This document shows positions 51,726 to 62,299 of a stretch of 64,000 nucleotides of DNA, piece by piece. The DNA lies in NCBI GenBank assembly GCA_030949385.1, contig JAUZSP010000003.1:453670-517669 (forward strand), in the 5' to 3' direction. Numbering within the stretch: position 1 is the stretch's first letter; each line of letters starts with the position of its first letter. Origin of the DNA: Gammaproteobacteria bacterium. GTDB taxonomy: Bacteria; Pseudomonadota; Gammaproteobacteria; JAUZRS01. The position numbers were made by a program, and so were the translations under genes. A model generated the notes under the pieces. It did not search any database. It was given only the letters and a program-made list of their open reading frames with translations, and was not told the origin of the DNA.

Positions 51726-53930
51726 ATGCTGTTTGGACGGAGTAAAAAGAATCCGATTAAGATCGCCGATAAAGGCGTGGTGGAGTGGAAGTACGCCGCG
51801 TGCGGTTACTGTTCCACCGGCTGTTCCATCGAAGTGGGTCTTAATGCAGAAGGCAAACCGGTCTCCTCTCGTGGCGTGGCCGATGCCGACGTTAATCGGG
51901 GCAAACTGTGCCTGAAAGGCATTGTTGAACATGAGCTGTTTGATTCTGCCGGACGGGGTTTGATCCCAAAAATTCGTGATCAATGGCATCAGCCGTGGCA
52001 AGAGAGCAATTGGGATGCCGCTCTGGATAAGGTTCATGATGAAATTGTCCGCATTCAAGAGAAGTACGGTCGCGATTCTTTTGCGATTATCTCCACCGGT
52101 CAAATGCTAACGGAAGAGTTTTATACGCTGGGCAAATTAACCCGGGGTCTGATCGGCACCAACAACTACGACGGCAATACCACCTTGTGTATGGCTTCGG
52201 CGGTTTCCGGTTACAAACGTTCGTTTGGTTCCGATGGCCCGCCGGGCTGTTACGAAGATTTTGAGCACACCGATTGTCTGATCGCGTGGGGTTCCAATTT
52301 GCCTGAGCAGCATCCGATCATTTACTGGCGGATGAAAGAGGCACAGGAAGAACGTAAATTTCCGCTGATCGTGATTGACCCTCGGGTCACCATGTTGGCG
52401 CAAAACGCCGACATTCATCTGCCCGTCACTCCCGGTACGGATGTGGTGTTGCAGAACGCCTTTATGCACGTGATCCTTGATGAAGGGTTGGAAGATAAAG
52501 CCTACATCGAAGCCAATACCAACGGCATCGACGCGCTGCGAGAAGAGGTGGCCAAATACGATCCCACCACGGCAGCTAAGATCTGTGGCATTGACGAAGA
52601 CAGCATTCGTTTGGTGGCGCGTCTGTTTGCCAATGCCGGAGCGGCGATGCAGTTCTGGACGATGGGGATCAACCAATCCACTCACGGCTCCGATGGGGTG
52701 GTGGGGATCAACAACTTGGCCTTGTTGACCGGCAACATCGGAAAACCCGGTGGCACCAGCCTCTCCATTACAGGCCAGTGCAATGCGATGGGAACCCGCG
52801 AATGGTCGTCTTGTTCTGGTCTGCCCAATTATCGGGCGTTGGAAAACCCACAAGACCGTGAAGAGATTGCTCAATTTTGGAACATTGACCCTGAGTTTTT
52901 CCCGAAAAAACGCGGCATGTTCCAGACCGATATTTATCAGGCCATCGAAACGGGGCAGATCAAAGGCATCTGGTTGATTGCCACCAACCCCATGTCCTCG
53001 TTGCCCAACACCTCGCGGATTCGCAAAGCGATGGAGAAGTTGGAGTTCTGCGCGGTGCAGGATTGTTATGAGGACACCGAGAGCGCCCAATACGCTCACG
53101 TTTATCTGCCAGCGGGTACATGGGCGGAGAAAGAGGGGGTAATGACCAACACCGAACGACGGATTAATTTGGTGACCCCAATCAGTAAGGCACCGGGTGA
53201 AGCGCAGCCTGATTTGTGGATTTTCAACCGCATGGCGGAGCGTTTTAACTCTGATGGCAAAGTGACCTTCCCTGAAAAAGCGCCAGACATCTTTTTGGAG
53301 ATGGGCGGTTTATCCAAGGGGCGGTTGGCGGACATCTCCGGTTTGGATCACGAGCTGATCGAAAAACACCGTGGCATTCAGTGGCCTTACACCGAAGAGC
53401 AGCGGAAAAACGGTGAGGTACCGCCTAAAGGCGGCAAGCGTCTTTACACCGAGCCGACCACCTTCCGTTATCCCGATGGCAAAGCGAAACTAATCCCTCT
53501 GCCCTTTATTGATAACAACGAAGTGCCGGATGAGAAGTTTCCTATTTGGCTCAATACGGGGCGTTTGGTTGAGCATTGGCACGGTCGTACCAAGACCGGC
53601 AAGATTGGTGAAAACAACAAATACAGCCCGATCCCTTTTATCGAAATCAACTCCGATCTGGCGCATGAACTGGGTGTTTTGGAAGGGGAGTATCTGCGTT
53701 TGGTCTCGCGTCGTTCTGATGCCATCGTGATGGCCAAACCGACTCAGCGAGTGCCGAAAAACATGGTCTTTTTGCCTTTTCACTTCCATGACTGCGCTAA
53801 TCGCCTGACCTTGGGTCTGTTAGACCCTCATTCGCGTCAACCGGCTTACAAACAGTCGGCGGTGCGGATTGAAAAATTGGATGATCAGCAGGCAGCAGCT
53901 AAATTAAGCATGGAAATGCGTACGTTTTAA
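51726..53930 (+). CDS. nasA: Molybdopterin nitrate reductase catalytic subunit (NasA-like; no Tat signal, no C-terminal BFD domain)
   Basis: CGYCSTGC...LCLKG 4Fe-4S motif, 'TTLCMASA' Mo-Cys ligand, 'GQCNAMG'; 734 aa. Confidence 0.85.
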   Translation: MLFGRSKKNPIKIADKGVVEWKYAACGYCSTGCSIEVGLNAEGKPVSSRGVADADVNRGKLCLKGIVEHELFDSAGRGLIPKIRDQWHQPWQESNWDAALDKVHDEIVRIQEKYGRDSFAIISTGQMLTEEFYTLGKLTRGLIGTNNYDGNTTLCMASAVSGYKRSFGSDGPPGCYEDFEHTDCLIAWGSNLPEQHPIIYWRMKEAQEERKFPLIVIDPRVTMLAQNADIHLPVTPGTDVVLQNAFMHVILDEGLEDKAYIEANTNGIDALREEVAKYDPTTAAKICGIDEDSIRLVARLFANAGAAMQFWTMGINQSTHGSDGVVGINNLALLTGNIGKPGGTSLSITGQCNAMGTREWSSCSGLPNYRALENPQDREEIAQFWNIDPEFFPKKRGMFQTDIYQAIETGQIKGIWLIATNPMSSLPNTSRIRKAMEKLEFCAVQDCYEDTESAQYAHVYLPAGTWAEKEGVMTNTERRINLVTPISKAPGEAQPDLWIFNRMAERFNSDGKVTFPEKAPDIFLEMGGLSKGRLADISGLDHELIEKHRGIQWPYTEEQRKNGEVPPKGGKRLYTEPTTFRYPDGKAKLIPLPFIDNNEVPDEKFPIWLNTGRLVEHWHGRTKTGKIGENNKYSPIPFIEINSDLAHELGVLEGEYLRLVSRRSDAIVMAKPTQRVPKNMVFLPFHFHDCANRLTLGLLDPHSRQPAYKQSAVRIEKLDDQQAAAKLSMEMRTF

Positions 53931-53939
53931 GGGGTAAGT

Positions 53940-55830
53940 ATGTTTCAACGACGAGAAAATGAACCAGCGTACGCGCTGCTTAACGATCCAACCAGCCAAG
54001 AGAAGAACCGTTACGGTCTGCCCATTGATACGACCGCTGAGGGAGACTCACTTTACGGTCAGAGCCTAAATATTAATGGCGATGAGAGCGTAAGTGATAA
54101 CCCCAATCGCTACAAACAGCACGGCTTCTTCTTTAATGCCGATAACTGCATCGCCTGTCACGCTTGTGAATCGGCGTGCAGCGAGAAAAACGACAATCCC
54201 GCTCACATCTCTTTCCGTTCGGTGGGGTTTGTGGAGGGGGGAACCTATCCTGCTTACCAGCGGATGAACATTTCAATGGCCTGCAACCATTGTGATGATC
54301 CGGTCTGTTTGAAGGGCTGTCCAACGCGGGCGTACACCAAATTTGCCGAATACGGTGCGGTGTTGCAAGACCCCGACATCTGTTTCGGTTGTGGTTATTG
54401 TACTTGGGTTTGCCCGTACAACGCGCCGCAGCTTGATCCGGTTAAGGGCGAGGTGAGCAAATGCAACATGTGTGTGGATCGCCTCGAAGTAGGCTTGAAA
54501 CCCGCGTGTGTCTCAGCTTGTTTGGGTAAGGCGCTGGACTTTGGCGTGATCGAAAACATCCCTGAAGGGCGTGAGCAGGCTAAGGTTTCCATTCCTGGTT
54601 TTCCTGATCCTGAGATTACTCATCCAAACATCCGTTTTGAGCAAAAAGCCACGCCACCGCGTGACATGACACGGGTGGACAGTACCGCGTTGAAATACCA
54701 TCAAGACGATAAGCAGGGTATTTTTAAACCGGAGCTGGATCCGAAACACGGTTTCAAGCGTTCTTGGAATTTGAAGCGTCTGTTGGGTTCCCATGAAAAT
54801 GCTCACATTGCTTTTACCCTCAGTGTGCAGGCGGTGATGGGCGCGTTTGTTTTGTTGGCGTTGGCGGGCTCGTTGGGCTTGGCTGCGATTGTGGATTTCA
54901 AAGAGAGTTCGGCCTTTTTACCGGCGTTGTTGGTTTTGGTGGCCTTGATGGGCGTTGGTTTGTTCAAGCTCACCCTGCATCTGGGCAAACCCCACTATTT
55001 TTATCGCGGTTTTTACAACCTCAAGCATTCGCCGGTCAGTCGTGAGATTGCCGGTGTGTCGGCCTTTTTTGCTGGTTTGGCGGGTTACACGTTGTTTAAC
55101 TTTTTTGATTCACCACTGGCTCTGTTGGCACAAAAAGGCTCGGCTCTGTTGGCGCTGTTGGGTGTGGCGTTGGGAGGGTACTTTATGTACAAGCTCTACC
55201 GCATCAAAGCGCGTCCGTTTTGGGATCATTGGCAGACGGCAGCGACCTTTACCGGTACCGGTTTGGTTTTGGGGGCGTTGCTGTTGATGCTGGTGGCGCT
55301 GTTACGAGGCAGTTTAACCTCTGAGTTAGCAACGCTGCTCTCTTTGAGCGTTGCGCTGGGTTTGGCCTTGGAAGGGGTTGGTTTGTTTGCTCATGGTCGT
55401 GATTTGAAAGCGGCGCACAGTGAGGGGGCGGCTTCGTTCTATGAGCAAGTGACCACCTACGGTTATCCTTATTGGCTTAGAAATGGTTTGTTGGCCGCTT
55501 CCGTTGTGCTGGCGTTGTCGATGGCTTTTGGGGAGTTGAGTAATGTGTGGACGCTGTCTGCTTTGACCTTGATGACCGTGAGCAGTGCGATTATTGGCCG
55601 TGCTTTGTTTTATGTGCTGGTGATTCCGACCACCATGCCAGGTGCTTTTTTCTGGAAAAAACCAGGGGTTTGTGGAACACGCTCGTGACGTGGGTTTGGC
55701 GGATATGCCGCAAGTGGGTGTGGTTTATGAGCGTCATCACGCCTTCAAGCTGGCTGAGTTGTTACAGACCATTCGCACCACTTCGGTAAAAGAGAAATGG
55801 GCGCAATTGAAACGAGTGGTCACGGGTTAA
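53940..55830 (+). CDS. DmsB-like 4x[4Fe-4S] domain fused to a DmsC/NrfD-type membrane anchor; +1 frameshift in an A6 run at 55656-55661 (629 aa if corrected)
   Basis: CIACHACESAC, CNHCDDPVCLKGCP, CFGCGYCTWVCP, CNMC..ACVSAC; 'LHLGKP', 'SPVSRE', 'IGRALFY' and about 8 TM helices. Confidence 0.85.
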
Positions 55831-55947
55831 ACGTCTGCCGCCTCTGGTCTGAAGCGGAGCTAAGCTCCTCTTCAGTTTCTTGTGATAAAAAGTAATTTGA
55901 TGCATCATATGCCTGATGTAATTCGTTTATTTAGGAGCAAATCGAGA

Positions 55948-56409
55948 ATGTTGATTAAAGACATTATGTCTACTGCGGTCAGAACCGTTACCCCTGAAAC
56001 CCCGATGATGGAGGTGGCTTCGATTATGTGTCTTTATCGTATCAGTGGCCTGCCGGTGGTGACAGACGATGATAAAATGGTGGGTTTTATCGCGGAGCGA
56101 GACGTATTACACCATCTTTTTCCGAGCTTGGCGGACATCATGGACGGTATGGCGACGATTGATTTTGAAACTTTGTCGGATAATTACGGCGATATTGCTT
56201 CACTGAAAACATCGGATTTAATGAGTGATGAGGTGCTGTTTGTTGATCCTGAACTGCCCATTTTACGGGCGGCTTCTAAAATGGTGCAGCAACGGCTGCG
56301 GCGTATCCCCGTGGCAGTAGAAGAAAAGGGTGGTATGCGTCTGTTGGGGGTGGTCAGTTTGGGCGACATTCATAAAGCCATGTTTCATCGCTACGTCTCT
56401 AAAAGCTAG
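55948..56409 (+). CDS. CBS-domain pair protein
   Basis: 'IKDIMS', 'ISGLPVV', 'LRRIPV', 'GVVSLGDI'; AGGAG RBS before ATG 55948. Confidence 0.85.
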   Translation: MLIKDIMSTAVRTVTPETPMMEVASIMCLYRISGLPVVTDDDKMVGFIAERDVLHHLFPSLADIMDGMATIDFETLSDNYGDIASLKTSDLMSDEVLFVDPELPILRAASKMVQQRLRRIPVAVEEKGGMRLLGVVSLGDIHKAMFHRYVSKS

Positions 56410-56418
56410 AGGCTGTTA

Positions 56419-58044
56419 TCACGATCTGGACGGTGTGGTTTGAAAGTGACTGACCACCCGTTCCATTTGCAGCGCTAAGCTGCGCAGAGTCTCGCTGGAC
56501 TGTGCCGTCTGTTTGGCATCTTCGGCGGTCGCATGAGAACTGCTGCGGATATTGCTGATGCTGTGACTCACCTCCTGAGCCATTTTCCCCTGACGAGTGG
56601 CCGCTGCGGCAATTTGGCTGATCATACTGCTGATGGTTTTGACCGCTGTGGTAATTCTGTGCAGTCGTTCTCCAGCGGAACGCGCCTTTTTCACACTCTC
56701 TTCGGCTCGATTGCGCCCTTGTTCCATCGCCTGTACCGCGTTGCGCGCATTGAACTGTAATTGCTCGATCATCTGTTGAATCTCTTGAGTGGACTCTTGG
56801 GTGCGTTGAGCCAAAACGCGCACTTCATCGGCCACCACCGCAAAGCCACGCCCGTGTTCACCTGCGCGCGCCGCTTCAATGGCGGCATTCAGAGCCAATA
56901 AATTGGTCTGGTCGGCGATGCCCCGAATCACGTCTAAAATACCGCCAATATTATTGCTCTCTTTATCCAGTTTATTAATCACTTGCGAAGAGGCTTCTAC
57001 ATCATCGGCCAAGGCGTTGATGGCCTCAATGGTCATATTGACCACCTGTTTGCCGTTGCTGGCCTCTTCCTTGGCGTGTTGTGCCGATTTTTCTGCTGAG
57101 GAGGCATTTTGAGAAATTTCAAGTACCACGCCACTCATCATTTGAATGGAGTGTGCCATATGTTCGATGTCGTTCTGTTGCAGTTGCATGTGATTGCGGG
57201 TGTGAAGGGTACTGCTGGAGAGTTCATCGGCAGCGTTGACGACATGGTCTGATGCACAAGAGATCTGTTTGATCACCGTTTTTAGGCTGTGACTGGTCTC
57301 TTCAACGCTGCGGGCGAGTTGGCCCACTTCATCGTCGCGCTGGATGTTCAATTTATCGCTGGTAAGATGGCCTTGAGCGAGCATTTTAAGCCGTTTAAGA
57401 ATGATCGGAAACGCGCCAAAAGCGCGTAAAATAACCACAATGATCAAAATCATGCTGGTGGCGAGCAGCACAAAGCTGGCGGCTACTGCAACGTGTAGAT
57501 GGCGTAGTTCAGACTCTTGCTCTTCGGCGGTTTGTTGGGTGCGTGTGGTGACTTCTTTGAGCAGCAGATCAACCTGCTCGCTGAGGGTTTCGGCAACACG
57601 ATCAAACTCACTCATAATCAAATTGCCCGCCTCGGGGCCGCCGTTGATGTAGGCGTGTGCCATATTTCTTCCGGTTTGATAATAAGCATCAAAACTCTGT
57701 TCCATCTGCTCAAGCTCGTCGCTGTGATGTGGGTAAAGCTGCTGGAGTTGTTGGGCTTGTTTATGAAATGCCTCAGCACTTTGCGCTGCGATTTTGAAAC
57801 CGTCGTTAAGGCCGTCCCGAGCGCGAGTGGCACTGATGTCGGTCAACCACTGCTGGACTTGGATCACATTCAGCTTAATCAGGTGGGCGTGATTGAGAGC
57901 GGGAATGTCCAGATGGGCGGTGCGCCAACTGAGCTGGCTAATAGACGAAGTGGTGATAAAAAGAAAGCCCATCGCCGAGCAGAGCACGATGCTAAACAGG
58001 CCACCGAGCAGCCAAAATTGTTGCGCTAAATTAAGTTTTTTCAT
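56419..58044 (-). CDS. Methyl-accepting chemotaxis protein
   Basis: Two TM helices, HAMP, '[34 protein letters not shown]'. Confidence 0.95.
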   Translation of the reverse strand: MKKLNLAQQFWLLGGLFSIVLCSAMGFLFITTSSISQLSWRTAHLDIPALNHAHLIKLNVIQVQQWLTDISATRARDGLNDGFKIAAQSAEAFHKQAQQLQQLYPHHSDELEQMEQSFDAYYQTGRNMAHAYINGGPEAGNLIMSEFDRVAETLSEQVDLLLKEVTTRTQQTAEEQESELRHLHVAVAASFVLLATSMILIIVVILRAFGAFPIILKRLKMLAQGHLTSDKLNIQRDDEVGQLARSVEETSHSLKTVIKQISCASDHVVNAADELSSSTLHTRNHMQLQQNDIEHMAHSIQMMSGVVLEISQNASSAEKSAQHAKEEASNGKQVVNMTIEAINALADDVEASSQVINKLDKESNNIGGILDVIRGIADQTNLLALNAAIEAARAGEHGRGFAVVADEVRVLAQRTQESTQEIQQMIEQLQFNARNAVQAMEQGRNRAEESVKKARSAGERLHRITTAVKTISSMISQIAAAATRQGKMAQEVSHSISNIRSSSHATAEDAKQTAQSSETLRSLALQMERVVSHFQTTPSRS

Positions 58045-58155
58045 GATGATGCGGGCACGTTTGTAATATGAACGAAATGGTTGCCCTAGCTGTCGGCCAT
58101 TTTTCTGCAAGAGTGAGCTTCGATTATTGGTTATACTGCGCCGACTTAATTTAGG

Positions 58156-58917
58156 CTAACGTTCGCTGAGCATTCGGCCACCGTCCACAGCAATGATCTG
58201 TCCGGTGATGTAGCCGCCATCGCGCACCAAAAAGAGCACGGTGTTGGCAATGTCTTCAGCACCGCCTTGACGTTTGAGCGCACTTTGTTCGGTGATCTGT
58301 TGTTGCACGGCGTTACTGACTTCCGCTTCCCCTTCAGGCCAGAGAATGGAACCTGGCGCGATGCCATTGACGCGGATCTCGGGGCCGAGCTCTTTGGCCA
58401 GCGATTGGGTCAACATGGCCAAGCCCGCTTTGGCAGCGCAGTAAAGGGGATGGCCTTTGAGCGGGCGCAGGCCGTGAATATCAACGATGTTGATGATGTT
58501 GCCGCCCTGTTTTTGCAGCGCGGGGGTGGCGGCTTGGGAGAGAAACAGCGGCGCTTTGAGGTTGCTGCCCATCAGGTCATCCCAGTGTGCCTCGGTGATC
58601 TGGCCGACTTCGGTGGGGTAGAAACTGGAGGCGTTGTTCACCAGCAGGTCGAGCCGTCCCCACTTCTGAGTGGCTTCTTTGACCAATTTGGGCAGCGTCT
58701 CGGTTTGCAGCAGATCGGCTTGTAAGAGTAAAACCGAATTGGGGCGCTGGGCTTCCAGTGCCAGTTGCAGTTGTTCTGCGTCTTTGACCGAACTGCGGTA
58801 GTGAATGACGACGTTCATGCCCGCGTGGTGCAGGGTATGGGCAATTGCTGCGCCGATGCGGCGTGCGGCTCCGCTGATGAGCGCCACTTGGCCGTTGAGT
58901 GAGGTGCTGTGTGTCAT
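58156..58917 (-). CDS. Pteridine reductase (FolM/PTR1-like SDR)
   Basis: 'GAARRIG', 'NNASSF', YCAAK catalytic motif. Confidence 0.88.
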   Translation of the reverse strand: MTHSTSLNGQVALISGAARRIGAAIAHTLHHAGMNVVIHYRSSVKDAEQLQLALEAQRPNSVLLLQADLLQTETLPKLVKEATQKWGRLDLLVNNASSFYPTEVGQITEAHWDDLMGSNLKAPLFLSQAATPALQKQGGNIINIVDIHGLRPLKGHPLYCAAKAGLAMLTQSLAKELGPEIRVNGIAPGSILWPEGEAEVSNAVQQQITEQSALKRQGGAEDIANTVLFLVRDGGYITGQIIAVDGGRMLSER

Positions 58918-59064
58918 GGTTTTTCTCCGATTGTTGCGGCGATTATCTCACAATAATCTGAGTTGTGAGGCTGCGCTGAGAGCGGAGCGGATCAGCGGTT
59001 TGAATTCTTAAGTTATCTTTAATTCTTGCCTGTCAGGCTGAGGGTGCGTTAACGGAGATCGGTT

Positions 59065-60237
59065 GTGGATAGTGAATTACCCGAATTGTTGGCAGCGGAA
59101 CAGGAGCGCAGCGATGCGTTGCAAACGCGATTAAAAGAAAACATAACCGCGCAGTCGTTTTTGCCTTTTTCTGATGTGATGCAGAGTCTTTTGTACGAGC
59201 CAGAGCTGGGGTACTACGTTGCCGGAGCGGAGAAGTTTGGCGCGCAGGGGGATTTTGTCACCGCACCGGAACTGTCACCGCTGTTTGCGCGTGCTTTGGC
59301 ACGCCAGTGTCAGCCGGTGTTGCAGGAGTTGGGTGCGGCTGAAATTCTGGAGCTGGGTGCGGGCAGCGGTAAGATGGCGGCGGATCTGCTGCTGGAGCTG
59401 GAACGGCTCGACTGTTTGCCGCTGCGCTACGCTATTTTGGAGCTGAGTGCCGAATTGCAGCAGCGCCAGCGTGAGACGCTGTTGCAAAAAGCGCCGCATC
59501 TGTTGGATAGGGTGGTGTGGTTGCAGCGTTGGTCGAATGGGTTTGTTGGTCTGGTGTTGGCCAATGAGGTGTTGGATGCGATGCCGGTGGAGCGGTTTAA
59601 GATCGTTGATGCAGAGATTAAGCAGCTCGGTCTGGTGCTGGAGGCGGGGGCATTAAAAGAAGCCTATCGCCCAGCGCCGATTGGATTAAAAGAGGCGGTT
59701 GAAGGGCTGCAACAGGAGTTAGAAGCACCCTTGGCGGAGGGCTTTTGCTCCGAGGTGAATCTCCAGCTTGAAGGCTGGTTTGCCGCGTTGTCAGAGTCGC
59801 TGCAAAAAGGCGCGCTGTTGTTGATCGACTACGGTTACGCACGGCGCGAGTTTTATCAGCCGGAGCGTTCGGCGGGGACGCTGAGCTGTTTTTACCGTCA
59901 TCGCGTACACGATGACCCGTACCAGCGTTTTGGGGTGCAGGACGTGACCGCTTCCGTTGAGTTTACCGCTGTGGTTGAGGCGGCTTCTAAGGCCGGTTTT
60001 GAGCTGGAAGGGTATGTCACGCAAGCCAATTTCCTCTTCAATAACGATCTTGATCAACTGGTTGCAACGGCGGCAGAGGGTTTGGATAAGGTGGCTCTGT
60101 TGAAATTGAGCCAAGCGGTAAAAACCTTAACTCTGCCCAGCGAGATGGGGGAGCGGTTTAAAGTGATGGGGCTGTCGAAGGGATTAACGCAGCATCTACA
60201 GGGGTTTAGCCACAACGACATCAGTCGTCGTTTGTGA
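59065..60237 (+). CDS. SAM-dependent methyltransferase, MidA/NDUFAF7 family
   Basis: 'GDFVTAPELS', 'ELGAGSG', 'ANEVLDAMP', 'IDYG', 'EMGERFKV'. Confidence 0.9.
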   Translation: MDSELPELLAAEQERSDALQTRLKENITAQSFLPFSDVMQSLLYEPELGYYVAGAEKFGAQGDFVTAPELSPLFARALARQCQPVLQELGAAEILELGAGSGKMAADLLLELERLDCLPLRYAILELSAELQQRQRETLLQKAPHLLDRVVWLQRWSNGFVGLVLANEVLDAMPVERFKIVDAEIKQLGLVLEAGALKEAYRPAPIGLKEAVEGLQQELEAPLAEGFCSEVNLQLEGWFAALSESLQKGALLLIDYGYARREFYQPERSAGTLSCFYRHRVHDDPYQRFGVQDVTASVEFTAVVEAASKAGFELEGYVTQANFLFNNDLDQLVATAAEGLDKVALLKLSQAVKTLTLPSEMGERFKVMGLSKGLTQHLQGFSHNDISRRL

Positions 60238-60288
60238 TTTTTTAGCGATTTTTTTTAATGCAATAGACAACCAGAGGAACAATAGCCA

Positions 60289-61086
60289 ATGGATTTGCTA
60301 CAGATTGTGACCCTCGCATTAATGCAGGGATTAACCGAATTTTTACCCGTTTCCAGTTCAGCGCACCTGATTTTGACTCCGGTCTTTTTCGGCTGGGAAG
60401 ATCAAGGGCTGGCCTTTGATGTGGCGGTGCATGTGGGCACTTTGCTGGCGGTGGTGTTTTATTTTCGTACCGAGTTGAAACTGATGAGCCGCGATTGGCT
60501 TGGTTCGGTCACGGGAAAAGGCGCAACGCCCGATTCTCAGCTGGCGTGGGCGGTGCTGTTGGGGACGATTCCTGTGGGGATTATCGGGCTGCTCTGCAAG
60601 GATTTTATCGAAGGCAGTTTGCGTTCACCGCTGGTGATTGCGGTGGCAATGATCTTTTTTGGTGCCTTGCTTTGGTGGGCCGATTCGGTGGCGAAACAGA
60701 AGCGCGATGAGTATGAATTGAACTGGAAAGACGTGCTGTTTATTGGTCTGTCGCAGGCGATGGCGCTGATTCCAGGGACTTCCCGCTCTGGTGCCACCAT
60801 GACCGCTGCGCTGTTAATGGGTTTAACTCGTGAAGCGGCGGCGAGGTTCTCCTTTTTACTCTCTATTCCGGTGATTTTGCTTGCTGGTGGTCTGAAAACC
60901 TTGGATTTAATCGAGTCCAATATCAGTGTGGATTGGTTTGCTTTGGGGTTGGGAATTGTGCTGTCGGCCTTGAGCGCCTATCTTTGTATCCATCTGTTTC
61001 TAAAGTGGATTCAACGCATGGGGCTGTTTCCTTTTGTGCTTTATCGCTTTGTTTTAGGCGCGATCCTATTGTTGGTTTTTTGGTAG
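60289..61086 (+). CDS. uppP: Undecaprenyl-diphosphate phosphatase
   Basis: 'QGLTEFLPVSSSAH', 'PGTSRSG', 'FSFLLSIP'. Confidence 0.95.
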   Translation: MDLLQIVTLALMQGLTEFLPVSSSAHLILTPVFFGWEDQGLAFDVAVHVGTLLAVVFYFRTELKLMSRDWLGSVTGKGATPDSQLAWAVLLGTIPVGIIGLLCKDFIEGSLRSPLVIAVAMIFFGALLWWADSVAKQKRDEYELNWKDVLFIGLSQAMALIPGTSRSGATMTAALLMGLTREAAARFSFLLSIPVILLAGGLKTLDLIESNISVDWFALGLGIVLSALSAYLCIHLFLKWIQRMGLFPFVLYRFVLGAILLLVFW

Positions 61087-61155
61087 TCTTTGAGCCTAAT
61101 TGAATTAGCCTGTCCTATTTTTGTCATACTTGCCTACTAATCTCTAGTTAAAGGG

Positions 61156-62199
61156 GTGACTGTTTTTGATGTAATGAAAAGCATCATGGTGCTGTTTTCC
61201 CCTCTCATGGAGCCATTTTTTCAGGAGAAGAGGATGCGAGAACATCAAAAAGAGTACATCGACAGAAGCGGTTCCGATACCGCCCGTGGGGTGCGTATCA
61301 TGGCCGAATATTTGAACGCGATGGAAGCGTTTATCCCCCTTAAAGAACAACCTTTAGTAACGGTCTTTGGTTCCGCTCGGTTGGACAATTCCACCGACAG
61401 CGGTCGTCTGGCCACGGCGCTGGCAAAAGAGTGTGTGCGGCGCGGCTTTGGCGTGGTGACCGGCGGCAGCTCTGGGATTATGTTGTGTACCAATCAAGGT
61501 GCGTATGCCGAGGCCAAGCGGCGTGGATTAGCGGTAGAAAAATTCTCTGTCGGTTGCTCAATCACCTTGCCCTTTGAAGAGGGACACAACGATTTTATCG
61601 GTACCAATACCGAGTTCCACTATTTCTTTATTCGTAAATTTTTCTTGGTGGCGTATTCCAAAGCCTTTTTTTATCTGGAAGGTGGCGGCGGCACTCGGGA
61701 TGAGCTGTGGGAGGTGTTTTGTCTGATTCAAACAGGGAAAATGCCGATTCATCCGCTGGTGGCGGTGGGGGATGATGAGGTTTGGAAGACCGTGCGTGCC
61801 GATCTGGATCATATGATTGCCCGTGGTACGGTTTCTGAGCCGGATCGTCAGATTCTTCAGTTTGCCCGTACCGCTGAGGAGGCGGTGGACATTGTGGAGC
61901 GTTTTTATCGTAATTTGAATGAGATTGTCTACGATAAAAAGCGGCATGTGATTGAATTGGATTTGAAACAGCCACTGAAAAAAGCAACCTTTAAAGAGTT
62001 GAAAAGCCGTTCGGCTGGGCTGATTTCAGGCTTGCGTTGGGATAAAAAAAACGATCTCTTATTGATCAAGCAACGACATTTTCGTGATTACACCACGCTT
62101 TATGCGCTGATTGAGATTGTGAATGAGATCAGTGCGATGGAGTTGCAGTCTAAGACGTTGCCGCAGTTTTCATTGAGTGCGTTTGCGACTTTGGGTTAG
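61156..62199 (+). CDS. LOG-family nucleotide phosphoribohydrolase with a C-terminal extension (start uncertain)
   Basis: 'VTVFGSAR', 'VTGG', 'ITLPFEE', 'FHYFFIRK', variant 'EGGGGTRDE'. Confidence 0.8.
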   Translation: MTVFDVMKSIMVLFSPLMEPFFQEKRMREHQKEYIDRSGSDTARGVRIMAEYLNAMEAFIPLKEQPLVTVFGSARLDNSTDSGRLATALAKECVRRGFGVVTGGSSGIMLCTNQGAYAEAKRRGLAVEKFSVGCSITLPFEEGHNDFIGTNTEFHYFFIRKFFLVAYSKAFFYLEGGGGTRDELWEVFCLIQTGKMPIHPLVAVGDDEVWKTVRADLDHMIARGTVSEPDRQILQFARTAEEAVDIVERFYRNLNEIVYDKKRHVIELDLKQPLKKATFKELKSRSAGLISGLRWDKKNDLLLIKQRHFRDYTTLYALIEIVNEISAMELQSKTLPQFSLSAFATLG

Positions 62200-62231
62200 A
62201 AAAAAGGAGTGAAACAAAAGAGAGCAAAATT

Positions 62232-62258
62232 GTCCCTGATTGTTCGGGGCTTTTTTTT
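62232..62258 (+). terminator. Probable rho-independent terminator
   Basis: GTCCCTGA-TTGT-TCGGGGC plus T8. Confidence 0.6.
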
Positions 62259-62299
62259 GCCTGAATTTTGACCGGGAGGGGCCGGCCTTGTGCCTGCCC

